Assembly: GCA_000004985.1 (NCBI GenBank)
Contig: GG738905.1
Strand: one strand, 5' to 3'
From: Naegleria gruberi
Lineage: Eukaryota
DNA: 64,000 bases
Shown here in pieces: positions 20,670 through 31,548 of this stretch. The notes under the pieces were generated by a model, which was not told the DNA's origin, made no database searches, and worked only from the letters and a program-made list of their open reading frames with translations. The position numbers were made by a program, and so were the translations under genes. Numbering within the stretch: position 1 is the first letter of the stretch; each line of letters begins with the position of its first letter.

Positions 20670-21911
20670 ATGTTCAAACACCAAGCTCAAACATTTCCCG
20701 CCAATTTTCATCAAGATGATGAAAGCGCACTAGATGATATTGAAACAACACTCTCAATACATAATAATCCATCTTGTTTTAATCATCATCAATTATTGTC
20801 TTCCGATACCATCACAATCATTGCAAGTTTCTTGCCAATTTCCGATTGGTTTTCAATGAGTGCTGTGAATGAGTGTTGGTTTCAAGCTATGCATCACGGA
20901 ATGAATCATGAATGGAAGAGAATTTATTATAAGGAATGGAAATTGGATCGAATCATTGCTCATCATGACCATTTGAAACTTTATGATGAAAATGATTTAA
21001 AGATGGAAAAGGGAAAATTTAATCCTGGTAAAGGAGAAGAAGAAGAACAGCACGATGAGGAAGATAATGATCATGATGATGATTTGAGAGGTGATGAGGA
21101 GGGAACAGTGGATTGGATGAGAGTGATTCAATACTATTTAAACAAATTACCAATCAAGACAGAAACTGTGGAGAGAGGAGAATGTTTAAACTTTTGTGAG
21201 GAGAGGAATAAGAGAATGGAATGGGAAAGTCCAATAATACAGAATGGAAAGGGAATTGTGGAGGGAGAGAATAGTTTTAGTATCTTTCAATTCTCGTTTC
21301 ATGTATTGAATAGAATGAAAGAGTCGATTGAGAATTTCAAAAATATGGACGAAAGCTTGGAAGATCTGCAGCTGGAACTATTTAAACAATATAGAGTTTG
21401 TCTATTTATGGAATATTTGAGTTTGGGATTTAGACCTAGTGTAGTTTCAGATGTAGTTAATATTTGGGAAGGAATTTATGATAATGAACCCATTCTAACA
21501 TTACCTCTAGTTTCCTTTCTCTTTATACTACATCAAGACAATCCAATAGAAATCATGGAAGAGTTCATTCAGGAGGAATATGGTGAAATCTCCAATTGGA
21601 TCTACGTTTCACTTTCTCAATGTCCACAAGATCGATTAGGATTCTCTCTAATTTTGAAAGAATTGGATCTCACTAACTTTTCCTATGATTGGAATGGAAA
21701 GCTCCCTTGGTACCATCAAACTGATATCAATGAAAAGAATTTCCCACTCTACCTTGGAGTTTCCCAACATTTAGCTGATTATGAAACAAGCTACTACATG
21801 GATGATTATGACACCTCTCCATGTCGAGTCTATCATTTGAGTATTTCATGTGAATTATTGGCAACTCATCATGTCAAATTGTACAGAGAGGAAAAGATAA
21901 TGAATTATTAA
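20670..21911 (+). CDS. hypothetical protein with N-terminal F-box-like motif and an acidic E/D-rich stretch (413 aa)
   Basis: ORF; TITIIASFLPISDWFSMSAVNECWFQAMH resembles an F-box. Confidence 0.5.
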   Translation: MFKHQAQTFPANFHQDDESALDDIETTLSIHNNPSCFNHHQLLSSDTITIIASFLPISDWFSMSAVNECWFQAMHHGMNHEWKRIYYKEWKLDRIIAHHDHLKLYDENDLKMEKGKFNPGKGEEEEQHDEEDNDHDDDLRGDEEGTVDWMRVIQYYLNKLPIKTETVERGECLNFCEERNKRMEWESPIIQNGKGIVEGENSFSIFQFSFHVLNRMKESIENFKNMDESLEDLQLELFKQYRVCLFMEYLSLGFRPSVVSDVVNIWEGIYDNEPILTLPLVSFLFILHQDNPIEIMEEFIQEEYGEISNWIYVSLSQCPQDRLGFSLILKELDLTNFSYDWNGKLPWYHQTDINEKNFPLYLGVSQHLADYETSYYMDDYDTSPCRVYHLSISCELLATHHVKLYREEKIMNY

Positions 21912-22047
21912 CTGTATCTCTCAGTATTCTTCAATATTTTGTAATAATAATTGCAAAGTTCTCGTGAGAAAAATTCTGAAAAATGTAATATTCTAAAAAT
22001 TCTAAAAGTAACTTCATCTCCATCAAAAACAACAACAAAAAAAAAGA

Positions 22048-22737
22048 ATGACAATTTCTAAACCACCTCCATCTTCAGGTAATAATAATACCTCAACAGG
22101 AGCAGTAGAAGAATCCATTATTTTGCAACAAGCTTTATATTGTATAGAAGATAATTATGATGTGATGATGGCCTCACCAATCACGCTCCAACTCATCTCA
22201 TCAATTTGTACCAATATTGTGACTCATCCGAACGAGGAAAAGTTTAGAAAGATTAAAATTGCCAATCCAAAGTTTAATGACTTTGTGATGGGCGTTGAAG
22301 GAGCTGTAAATTTATTAATGTTGTGTGGATTTGAAATTGATGATAGTGGAGAGTATATTATTCTCAAGAAGGAGAATTTTGTTGCTAGTGATTTGAAGGA
22401 TTTGATTGCTGCCATTGATATCAAGACAAAGAATAATTTAACTACACCACAAAAGCCAAGTAGTAGTAGTTCAGCATCATCAAGTGTTGTGAAACCAACT
22501 GGTAGCAGCAGTTCAGTTTCCGATGCTGAAATAGAAGAGAGAAAGAAGAAAATGATGGAAGAAAAGAAAAAGATTCAAGCTGAAAAGGACAAAATCAAGC
22601 AACAATTGCTTGCTGATAAGGAGGAAAGAAAGCATTTGCCAACTGGTGTTTGCTCTAGAAAGACTACCAAACCAAATAGCACTTCTAAAAAGACTTTTAG
22701 AGACATTGGCGTCGAGCTCAACAAGGGAGGAGGCTGA
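22048..22737 (+). CDS. PUB (PNGase/UBA-or-UBX) domain protein with K/E-rich coiled-coil C-terminus
   Basis: ITLQLISSICTNIVTHPNEEKFRKIKIANPKFNDFVMGVEGAVNLLMLCGFE matches the PUB-domain core. Confidence 0.55.
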   Translation: MTISKPPPSSGNNNTSTGAVEESIILQQALYCIEDNYDVMMASPITLQLISSICTNIVTHPNEEKFRKIKIANPKFNDFVMGVEGAVNLLMLCGFEIDDSGEYIILKKENFVASDLKDLIAAIDIKTKNNLTTPQKPSSSSSASSSVVKPTGSSSSVSDAEIEERKKKMMEEKKKIQAEKDKIKQQLLADKEERKHLPTGVCSRKTTKPNSTSKKTFRDIGVELNKGGG

Positions 22738-23083
22738 TGTTAATGGCAAGGAAGTTGAGAAAGAGATAGAATTTGATTGTTGTTCACTTGATTGGAAGAA
22801 GATTGAAAATATTTGAAATAGCTTAATTAGTATTTGAGAATCTTGATTCCAAAAAGTGATAGCATGTTTTGAGGATGACGATGTAAATGGTCAATTCAGC
22901 TTGTATTGCACCCTCAAATAGGTCAACAAGCAATCATTCACATCTGAGATCAACATGTTAAAACATGTCAAATTTGAACTTGATTGATTTCTTTGCCTAG
23001 ATATTTTAAATATCTTTTTATTAAATAATAAATTAATGATGTAAAACATTTCTACATTCCTCACACAAAGTTTAAATATCTAT

Positions 23084-24037
23084 TTACAAAGTACCGAATT
23101 GAACATAGACAGCTCTAAATTCCCATATTCTCTTCAATAAGAGACCTGCAAAACCAACAAAGATAGCACCAATCAAGACAACAACAAGAGCCCACCAGTC
23201 AAATCCGATATGAGTTCCAAATTGAACAGCAAAATCCAAAACCAAATAAATTCCACTGAATGGAACAAGTGAAACAATACTTGTAAACAACCACATACAA
23301 GCCAATACTAGAATAGTGTTGATATAATTCTTGTGAGTTTTCAAGAGACCAAAGAAGAATTCTTTCCTTATGATCATTATGCATGATATTAAACCACAAG
23401 TAGCTCCAAACAAACTCATCAATGCAGCAATTACCAAACAAAAAACACTAATTCCACTAAAAAGACTCACTTGATCATCTTCCAAATATCCGTTATCTTC
23501 ATAATAATCCTCATTCTTATCATACTTTGCATGATAATCTTGCACAAAATCAATAGTCAACTTGATTTCAACAAATGACAAGATTAAAAAGATAACCGCA
23601 TAAACGAAATTCAAAATTGCTGCAATCAATGGAATTAATACCCTGATAGGTTTTGGATCTCCAGCACCTCCCACAACACTACTACTAATATCACTCTTTT
23701 CAATTGAAACTCTAATATTATCAACTGATGGTTCGGCAATTGGCTCTGTTCTTTCAACTTTTTCATCAACCGTTTCTTCATCATTAATTTTCTCCTTTTT
23801 TTCATGATAATGATCTTCGGAGGTATTATTTACTTCTTCTTCATGATGAGAAGATGATGTTGTTTCTTGTTGTATCATTTCATCTTCCAATTCTATTGTT
23901 TCTTCGCGATAGACAGGTATTGTTGTTTGTTCTTCCTCTTCATGTTGTTCTTCATGTTGTTGTGATGATTCTTCGTTAATCACCTCATCAACCATATGAC
24001 TCACAGTGTTGTTGTTGTTATTTTCATTATTGGACAT
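23084..24037 (-). CDS. hypothetical membrane protein: acidic N-terminal half and about 4 C-terminal TM helices
   Basis: ORF with hydrophobic helices IRVLIPLIAAILNFVYAVIFLIL, LFSGISVFCLVIAALMSLF and others. Confidence 0.45.
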   Translation of the reverse strand: MSNNENNNNNTVSHMVDEVINEESSQQHEEQHEEEEQTTIPVYREETIELEDEMIQQETTSSSHHEEEVNNTSEDHYHEKKEKINDEETVDEKVERTEPIAEPSVDNIRVSIEKSDISSSVVGGAGDPKPIRVLIPLIAAILNFVYAVIFLILSFVEIKLTIDFVQDYHAKYDKNEDYYEDNGYLEDDQVSLFSGISVFCLVIAALMSLFGATCGLISCIMIIRKEFFFGLLKTHKNYINTILVLACMWLFTSIVSLVPFSGIYLVLDFAVQFGTHIGFDWWALVVVLIGAIFVGFAGLLLKRIWEFRAVYVQFGTL

Positions 24038-24335
24038 TTTTTTGCTAATTATTTTTTTTTTAAATCTTTTGTAAAATGTGTTTCAATTAATATTATTGGA
24101 GCAATGACTATTTGAGTGAGGGTTGCCAATTGGTTGTTGTGGAATGCATTGGAGAGTTGACTGCTTGTTGTGAAATGTATTGGTTTGTTGGGTCGCCCTT
24201 GTATGTAAAATAATTGTAATGATATTTTAAATCTCCGATTCAAATTCGAAACTTAGTTCTATTGGGGAATCCAAAAGATGCATTCAGAGTGATAAGTAAG
24301 ATATTCAAGATCCTATTGTTTGTAAAATAAATAAT

Positions 24336-27300
24336 TTATATTCTTCTTTCACTTTGTGAGTAAGTGTTGGCATTTCTGTTACCACCATAATTGTTTTGTT
24401 GGGAAGCATAAGGACTTTGTCTAGCTTGGGAGTATGGGCTAGTAGATGGTTGTTGATTGGATGGTTGTTGATTGTTGTTGGCAGTAGTGGAATAAGGTGA
24501 TTGTTGGGCAGCAACTGTGGCAGCGTATGGACTTTGGGAGTAAGGTGATTGTTGAGGAGTTGAGGAAGCATAAGGTGATGGGGCATACGGACTTGTTTGT
24601 GGTGTAGAACTGTATGGAGACTTTTGATAATTATTGTTAGAATTGGACGAGTATGGACTATTTTGATAATTTGGAGGATTAGTTCTTTGACCTCTATCAT
24701 ATGAATCATCTCTTCTTTGATACCTACTATCACCACCATAATTTCTATTTTCATTTCTATTATCATTTCTATTATCATTTCTATCAGAATAGTTGCGATT
24801 ATTATTTCTATCACCAGAATAGTCTCTGTTGTATCTGTTGTTATTATCATTTCGGTTATTATCATAGTTTCTGTCAGAATTATTTCTATATGAATTATTT
24901 CTGTCATCTCTATTGTCATTTCTTTGGTAATCCCTGTTATCATTACGTTGATAATTCGATCTGTCACCTCTGTCATAATTTCTATTATCTCTGTTATCAT
25001 TACGTTGATAGTTATTGTCTCCTCTATTTCTATTGTGGAAGTTGCCACTTCTTGAAAAGTCTACACGTTCTCTATTGTTATAGTCGTGTCTGCCTCCACC
25101 TCCATTTCTTCTAAAGCTCAAATAGTTATTTCTTGGTTTACCATTCATAATATTATCAATCATTTCTCTTGAAGAGCAGAAAGTGACAGTCTTTTCACCA
25201 TTTTGTCCAATTACAACTGGAACACTGCCTGAATCCAAAATTGTTGGCAACATTCTTGGAGGAAGTGTTACATTTGGTAATAATTTGGCAATATACTTGC
25301 ACTTGGATTTTTCAACCAATGGGAAATCAAAACAAGCACTAACAGCTGCAGTCTCTGCAACATCATCTAATAAATCAGCTTTCCATGGTACCTTAACCAT
25401 ATCTGAAGGTGCCACCGAGAGTGGATCTTGTCTGAATGTACCTGCAACATCTTTTGATGCCTTATTAAAGTCAACAAAGGAACTATCATCCAAATAGCAT
25501 GACATGATTGAATTTTGGAGTGGATGTTCAAAGTGAACATATAGAGTAGTATTGCCTAGAGTATTTCTTTCCTTTTCCTCACTTGACAATTTAGGTTCAA
25601 CAGTCTTGATGGCTGCTTGTAATTCTTCTTGATCAATGAAAGGAAGTAAGCATACACCCATCCATGTCTTGGTCTTTCCATTCAAATCAATCTTGAAATC
25701 TGTAGGGTAATAGTTAATAATTGGACTATCATCAGACAACATCAATTCACGATAACATGGAGGAAGAGCATGAGAACTTCTTGGAGGTAAAACACCCAAC
25801 AATTGAGAGAAAGGTTTGTAAGGTTGACCTTTCTTAAAATTGAGACCAAGTTTTGAACTATCAACCATGGCCATATCAGAAGCAAACGGAGCAAAATGGT
25901 AAGGATAGAACCAATCCCAAGAATCACAACCAGTATAATAATATCTAAATACCCAAACCAAACCTTCCAAATATTTCAAAGAAACATCCCAATATTCATC
26001 AGTTCCAATATTAATATCCATCTTGTCCTTGTAATATCTTTCCTTCCATCCCTGAGAACCCAATTTCACTGTATCAGGGAATTTTTCGGTATCAACATTC
26101 TTTGCTTCATCAAGTCTTAATTTCAAGCTATCTTGATATTGTTTGGAATCCATTTTAGAGATGGAAGATGAGGCAGCACCTTCAACCGAAGTTGTGGCTG
26201 TAGATGATGGTTCGGATGGTTGTTCCTCAGTTTCTTTTAACTTTTTTTCAACAGGAGCTTCCTCTTCCAATTCTTCATTTTCCTCCTCATCCTTTTTTCT
26301 TTTACCTAGGAATGATTTTTCAGGTGTATTTTCCAATCCTTGCTTTTTTCTGAAATCTTCATATGGATTTGTAATGTGACCAAACTTTCCACGATGTTCT
26401 TTCAAAATTGGAACAATTTCAACACCTTCAGGTTTGTATGATTGATCCTTTCTTTCCTTTTGTTCACGCTTACGTTGTTCTTGTTGTTTTTTAAAGTATT
26501 CTTCTCTCTTTTCTCTGACAGAGAATATTTTATCTTCATACTCTGAAACTTGTTTGAGCAGATACTGGACACGTGAAACATTGACATCACCATTTTCTGT
26601 AAGATAACCACCCATAACAGGTAAACTCTCCTTGTACAATGCAAGTAACAAGTCAATTGCACCTTCTCTAATATCCAAAGAAGGTAAATGAGGTAAGAAA
26701 TCGTTACCAACAAAGAAGCAAATAAAGACAAAATCATCCAAGCCTCTCTCAAATTCATATTGGAACGGAAGACGATCAGTTTCTTGTAGCAATTCAATTT
26801 CCAAATATTCTCTCAGTACACTAATGTGTAAAATTTCTAATGGCTTGTATTCATAGGGATGGGCACCACTATTCTTCTTTTCCACATCATAACCCTTTCC
26901 TCCAGAATTTTTACCAAAATTGACTTTTTCTCTTAGATTGTAAAAGTATGGTTCGTGTGTTGCAAGAGCAAGCATTGTAAGATCAGCATCCAATCCATGG
27001 ATAACATGACTAGTATTTGGATTATATCCTTTCATTTCTCTTTGGGATCTAATAAAATCCATAATTTTATGTTCTCCTTCACCTGGAACATTTGCATCAC
27101 TTAAAATAATTTTGACCTTTTTCCATCCTTCATCAGTGGTCAACTTCATGTGAATGAAATATCTTAGAGCTTTTCCTAGACGATACATGAAAGGAGTACC
27201 AGGAGTAATCACGTTTGAATCCCAATTATCTCCTGCAGGGTGAATTTCAAAATATTCATCCTCTTCCTCCTCCTGATTATTATTACTATCTTCAAATTCT

Positions 27301-27944
27301 TCATTGAGTGGCATATCATTATCTTCCATTAATAAACTAGCTAATTCCTTATTCTTGAAAGAAGAAAGTTTTTTCTTTTTCAAAATTCTAATTGGTTTCT
27401 CTGCAATAGAATCAATCTTTTCTGGTGGTGGTTCTAATCCACGACTAATTAATTCCTCACGTAAATCTCTTTCAACTTTCTTTTGATCTTCCATATCTTT
27501 TGCAGATTTATAACGACGAGCACGTTGTTGATTTTGTTTGGCTCTCGGAGCAGGACCATCAACAGCCATGAATAAAACTTTTCTTGGTCTGATGGCTGCA
27601 TAAATTCTCTCTACATATTCAAAGATCTTTTCATACATTTCTTCTTCTGTTTTAGGTGCTTCTTCATCTTCTGGATGGCAACAAGGGTGAATAATACCAT
27701 TCATATCCAAATATAAATTATCAAATTCTTTTCCGTTAGGATTTGGTTTGGTTGTATCAATTCCTTGGGTTACAATTCTAACAGTCTTCTTTTTAATGGT
27801 TGGTAATTGTCCATCAGCAACCTCAAAATCATCATAATTTGATGAAATTGTTGTTTTTTGTACTGTAGGTATTTCTTCAACACATTCCGATACAATATTT
27901 GGATATTTCTCTGTTAAATATCTATATAATCCTGGTACACCCAT
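24336..27944 (-). CDS. XRN-family 5'-3' exoribonuclease (1202 aa) with RD/RN-rich and SPY-repeat C-terminal tail
   Basis: N-terminus MGVPGLYRYLTEKYP plus conserved XRN_N acidic residues (LYLDMNGIIH, FMAVDGPAPRAKQNQQRARR, GEGEHKIMDFIR, HGLDADL). The tail has RNDNRDNRNYDRGDR and repeated SPYS/SPYA units. Confidence 0.9.
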   Translation of the reverse strand: MGVPGLYRYLTEKYPNIVSECVEEIPTVQKTTISSNYDDFEVADGQLPTIKKKTVRIVTQGIDTTKPNPNGKEFDNLYLDMNGIIHPCCHPEDEEAPKTEEEMYEKIFEYVERIYAAIRPRKVLFMAVDGPAPRAKQNQQRARRYKSAKDMEDQKKVERDLREELISRGLEPPPEKIDSIAEKPIRILKKKKLSSFKNKELASLLMEDNDMPLNEEFEDSNNNQEEEEDEYFEIHPAGDNWDSNVITPGTPFMYRLGKALRYFIHMKLTTDEGWKKVKIILSDANVPGEGEHKIMDFIRSQREMKGYNPNTSHVIHGLDADLTMLALATHEPYFYNLREKVNFGKNSGGKGYDVEKKNSGAHPYEYKPLEILHISVLREYLEIELLQETDRLPFQYEFERGLDDFVFICFFVGNDFLPHLPSLDIREGAIDLLLALYKESLPVMGGYLTENGDVNVSRVQYLLKQVSEYEDKIFSVREKREEYFKKQQEQRKREQKERKDQSYKPEGVEIVPILKEHRGKFGHITNPYEDFRKKQGLENTPEKSFLGKRKKDEEENEELEEEAPVEKKLKETEEQPSEPSSTATTSVEGAASSSISKMDSKQYQDSLKLRLDEAKNVDTEKFPDTVKLGSQGWKERYYKDKMDINIGTDEYWDVSLKYLEGLVWVFRYYYTGCDSWDWFYPYHFAPFASDMAMVDSSKLGLNFKKGQPYKPFSQLLGVLPPRSSHALPPCYRELMLSDDSPIINYYPTDFKIDLNGKTKTWMGVCLLPFIDQEELQAAIKTVEPKLSSEEKERNTLGNTTLYVHFEHPLQNSIMSCYLDDSSFVDFNKASKDVAGTFRQDPLSVAPSDMVKVPWKADLLDDVAETAAVSACFDFPLVEKSKCKYIAKLLPNVTLPPRMLPTILDSGSVPVVIGQNGEKTVTFCSSREMIDNIMNGKPRNNYLSFRRNGGGGRHDYNNRERVDFSRSGNFHNRNRGDNNYQRNDNRDNRNYDRGDRSNYQRNDNRDYQRNDNRDDRNNSYRNNSDRNYDNNRNDNNNRYNRDYSGDRNNNRNYSDRNDNRNDNRNENRNYGGDSRYQRRDDSYDRGQRTNPPNYQNSPYSSNSNNNYQKSPYSSTPQTSPYAPSPYASSTPQQSPYSQSPYAATVAAQQSPYSTTANNNQQPSNQQPSTSPYSQARQSPYASQQNNYGGNRNANTYSQSERRI

Positions 27945-28078
27945 GGTGATGAATATATATTATTAGAATGGTGCTGATGATCAAACGATGATGATGAAAA
28001 ACAACAATCGATGACGATCAAATTTTTTTTGAACTTTTTTAATAAAATTATAAAATACTTTTGGTTCAATTAAACGGC

Positions 28079-31000
28079 TCAAATTCTTAGCATGTTGAAA
28101 ACTTCCTTCTTGAGGGAATCTAATAGGATTGGTTTGTAAATGACAGAGTCAAAACCATGACCCACTAGAGTATCAACACTTTCCCAAGTATTGGCTGTAA
28201 TGGCTAAAATTGGTGTTTGTTTTTCAGTTTCGTTTTGTTTCTCTGCTTTACGAATCATTTCACATGCTTCCTTACCTGAAAGAATTGGCATGAAACAATC
28301 CAACAAGATAATGTCGTACTTCTTTCGTTTGTACATGTTGAAACATTCCATTCCATCACAGGCTACATCAATATCTTTAAATCCAATAACTCTTAGCATT
28401 TTGGTGAGGATTTTCCTATTAACTGCATTATCATCTACAACAAATATTGATTTCTTACTAATGTCAGGTCGAATAGGACTGGATGGGTGGTGAGATTCTG
28501 ATCTTTCACTTGTTGGAGAGGCTGTTTCTACTCCCAAGAATGTTGGCATGCTGCCTACTTCAACAATTGATTGTCTTGGGGTACAACTGGCTTTCTTGCA
28601 ATGTGCATTGTGCGGTTTCTCTTTCAACACCAAATCAGCCAAATCAACAAACTTGATCGGTTTGGTCAGGTATGAGAAAGTTTGATGATGTCTTGTTTCT
28701 CCTCTGAATATTGAAGGAATTATCATGCAATTCAATTGTTCCACAAATCTAGTGCCTTGAATTTGAGTACAGAACGATTCTGGGCAGAAAATCATATATT
28801 TACAGGAATGATCTGCAACATGGAGAATATTTTCAGATTCTTGAACAAAATCTGCATGAGTTTCAAAATCTTGAATAAGCACAACTCGTTTGAACAAGTT
28901 CAAATAGGAAGACAGTACTTGTCTAAAAACTGGATCCTCATCAATAATGATAATACTCAAATCTTGTGATTGATCTTCACTTAGAACGTCCAATAAATTT
29001 TCTGGATTCAAATTAATGTGAGTTGAGGAAGAAGAGCCTTCAGAATCTGTAACTTGCTCTTGTTTGTCCATTTCTTCGAGAGGGATATAGACGTTCATTG
29101 TTGTTCCTTCTCCTACTCTTGAGTTGACAATAATCTTTCCTTCCATTTTCTCAATAATTTGCTTAGTAATATTCAATCCAAGTCCATTTCTATTGGTATT
29201 GATGAGACTACTTCCTCCATTGTTCAATTTTGTAAATTCTGATTGTTTAAAGTAGTGCTCGAATCCTTGGGTCTTTTCTTGTTTTTCTATAATGTGGAAT
29301 GGTTTGAATAAACTTCCAATTTGAGACTCTGAGATACCACATCCATTATCTTGACATTCAATCTTGAGATAGAAGCAATTCTTCTTAATTTCCTCTTCTT
29401 GGAAGTGTAGTTTCAATTCCTCATCCTTTGCCTTTTTACATTTGAGCAGGACTTGACCTCCCTTAGTATACTTGATCGAATTTGAAACCAAATTCATTAC
29501 AATTTGACTGATCCTCACAGAATCTCCCATTAAAAACATTGGTACTTTGGAAACATCAAAGAATGAATGTAAAGTATTCTTCTTTTCAATTGCTAATGGA
29601 GAAAATACACAAGTTATGGATTCTATCAAACACATGACATTAAATTGTTCCACCTTCAGTTTGATATTTCCAATTTCCATTGAACTCATTTGAAGAGAAG
29701 AGGATAGGATGTGTAATAAGAGTGCCGCATTTTCATGAACATCATTAATCATTTCTGAGAAGGAAGCGTTTGAAACCATGCAATGTTTACAACTCTCTGA
29801 ACAATCTTCACTCTTATAAATATTCTTAATTAATTCTACGGAACCAATAATGGCATGAAGTGGATTTCTCAATTCATGAGATAGTGATGCAATAAATCTC
29901 GTCTTTTCATAATTTGAAACTCTTTCCTTTGCAATTTCTACTTGATGACTAGTGTACTGATTATTTTTCTCTGTCAAGTGTTTGGAGAAGAAGAAAGATC
30001 CGATTAATACTGTATTCTGAATTACAAACACTTCCAACACTTTAACATAAAAGTCTGCTCTTTCCTTCTCACTCAGTAAATCGTACCACATGTAAAAAGA
30101 AGTAAGTAAGGAAATGGTGGTGAAAGCAATCAATTGCCCACATCCAAATAATATATAACTAGACTTGTAATAAAACGACATGGACACTACAAAAATCTTA
30201 AATGTTGTAATGATATGCATAGGACTTAATGGTCCATACTTGATTTGCATTGCAATTTGTACAAAATCAGCAAGAGATATTCTCGATAAGTTAATCATGG
30301 AAAAGGCATGTAAGGTTGTAACCTTATCTAATATAATGTTCACGCCCATATGTATAAAATGTTCCACAACTAGTACTATAACGAAGAATAACGGTCCTAT
30401 ATCCCATGATGCTATTGCTCCAAATATAATTGGCATGATGGCCAGATAGGACCCGACTGTTGAGTGGCAACTTTGTTGTTGTTTCACTTGTTGTAAATCT
30501 ACTTCGTCTTTGATCGCTGCTGATGAATTAGCACTCCCTGCTGTGGAAGATGAAGGAGATGGAGGAACTGAATTGTTATTGGTGGTGGTAGATGAAGAAT
30601 TATTAGTTGGACTATTTGAAGAGTATTTGGCCTTAATAGAAGAGGATGGCGATTCGGGGGCCATCTCTTCCTGGTTTGGCATTCTCTTCACCACAATATT
30701 GCCATTACTTGTTTGATGGTCTAATTTTCGGAAATTCTTACTTTTCATTATTGAGGCACTCATTGGTGATGAGAAATTCATATTATTTCTTATGCTATTG
30801 ATGGTGCCTGATCTTCTATCCTTCTTTAATTGTTGTTGAGTGGCCACAGTGTCAAATTTGTCTTGAAGAAGTGAAGGAGGAGTTAAGGAAGGTGAAGATG
30901 TACTCGTTGTTTGTGGGGAAGAGGATGATGAGAGAAATTCATCATCTATTGCTTCCATAGTTGGTGTTGTTGCTGCATTAAAAGTGTTGTTATTATCATC

Positions 31001-31213
31001 TTCATCTTTATGAGGGACGGAAATTCGGATGGGAGAATTAGGTTTATAGTGATGAGAATTGTTGTTCGTTCTCACTGAACCTTCTTGTTCATTATTGAAA
31101 CGATCATCACCACCAATTGATGTTGTTGTTATTATATTGGAACTATTTGATTTGAAATTGGATATCAAAGATGTTGTCATGACTATGATGGCCGTGGAAG
31201 TTATCTTTTTCAA
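28079..31213 (-). CDS. hybrid sensor histidine kinase (TM region + HisKA + HATPase_c + receiver domain)
   Basis: H-box SHELRNPLHAIIGS; G-boxes DNGCGISESQIGSLFKPFH and GLGLNITKQIIEKMEG; receiver FVVDDNAVNRKILTKMLRVIGF...DIILLDCFMPILSGKEA...K; several TM helices upstream. Confidence 0.9.
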   Translation of the reverse strand: MKKITSTAIIVMTTSLISNFKSNSSNIITTTSIGGDDRFNNEQEGSVRTNNNSHHYKPNSPIRISVPHKDEDDNNNTFNAATTPTMEAIDDEFLSSSSSPQTTSTSSPSLTPPSLLQDKFDTVATQQQLKKDRRSGTINSIRNNMNFSSPMSASIMKSKNFRKLDHQTSNGNIVVKRMPNQEEMAPESPSSSIKAKYSSNSPTNNSSSTTTNNNSVPPSPSSSTAGSANSSAAIKDEVDLQQVKQQQSCHSTVGSYLAIMPIIFGAIASWDIGPLFFVIVLVVEHFIHMGVNIILDKVTTLHAFSMINLSRISLADFVQIAMQIKYGPLSPMHIITTFKIFVVSMSFYYKSSYILFGCGQLIAFTTISLLTSFYMWYDLLSEKERADFYVKVLEVFVIQNTVLIGSFFFSKHLTEKNNQYTSHQVEIAKERVSNYEKTRFIASLSHELRNPLHAIIGSVELIKNIYKSEDCSESCKHCMVSNASFSEMINDVHENAALLLHILSSSLQMSSMEIGNIKLKVEQFNVMCLIESITCVFSPLAIEKKNTLHSFFDVSKVPMFLMGDSVRISQIVMNLVSNSIKYTKGGQVLLKCKKAKDEELKLHFQEEEIKKNCFYLKIECQDNGCGISESQIGSLFKPFHIIEKQEKTQGFEHYFKQSEFTKLNNGGSSLINTNRNGLGLNITKQIIEKMEGKIIVNSRVGEGTTMNVYIPLEEMDKQEQVTDSEGSSSSTHINLNPENLLDVLSEDQSQDLSIIIIDEDPVFRQVLSSYLNLFKRVVLIQDFETHADFVQESENILHVADHSCKYMIFCPESFCTQIQGTRFVEQLNCMIIPSIFRGETRHHQTFSYLTKPIKFVDLADLVLKEKPHNAHCKKASCTPRQSIVEVGSMPTFLGVETASPTSERSESHHPSSPIRPDISKKSIFVVDDNAVNRKILTKMLRVIGFKDIDVACDGMECFNMYKRKKYDIILLDCFMPILSGKEACEMIRKAEKQNETEKQTPILAITANTWESVDTLVGHGFDSVIYKPILLDSLKKEVFNMLRI

Positions 31214-31548
31214 AATGTAACGATATTAAAATGTAATAATAAGAAGGAAATTATTGACGTTGTGTGATGGTGAGATATGTAAAGCTTTTTGTTTTTGTTG
31301 TTCATATTTAGCCCACTCACAGGGCCTTATTAAGGGTGTTGTTGCTCTTAATAAGGATAATAGATTTGCTTGATAAACAATATTTGACGGGGTTTTGCTT
31401 CTTTTATATCCTCTCTATGTGACCAAAAAGTATATTTTTATAACAAGTTCATCTCCTGGTTCTGAACGTGTTTCTGTTGGTGAAAGAATATGAGGCAAAA
31501 AGTACAAGTTAGTAATCTGATTGCAATATAATCATATATAATAATATA

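Noticed and set aside
24305-25048. 247-aa ORF on the minus strand overlapping the XRN tail in another frame, plus plus-strand ORF 24701-25114
   Set aside because: They are composition artefacts of the RD/RN and SPY low-complexity repeats (I/T/E/M-rich and Y/H/F-rich nonsense). The XRN frame is the one with conserved catalytic motifs.
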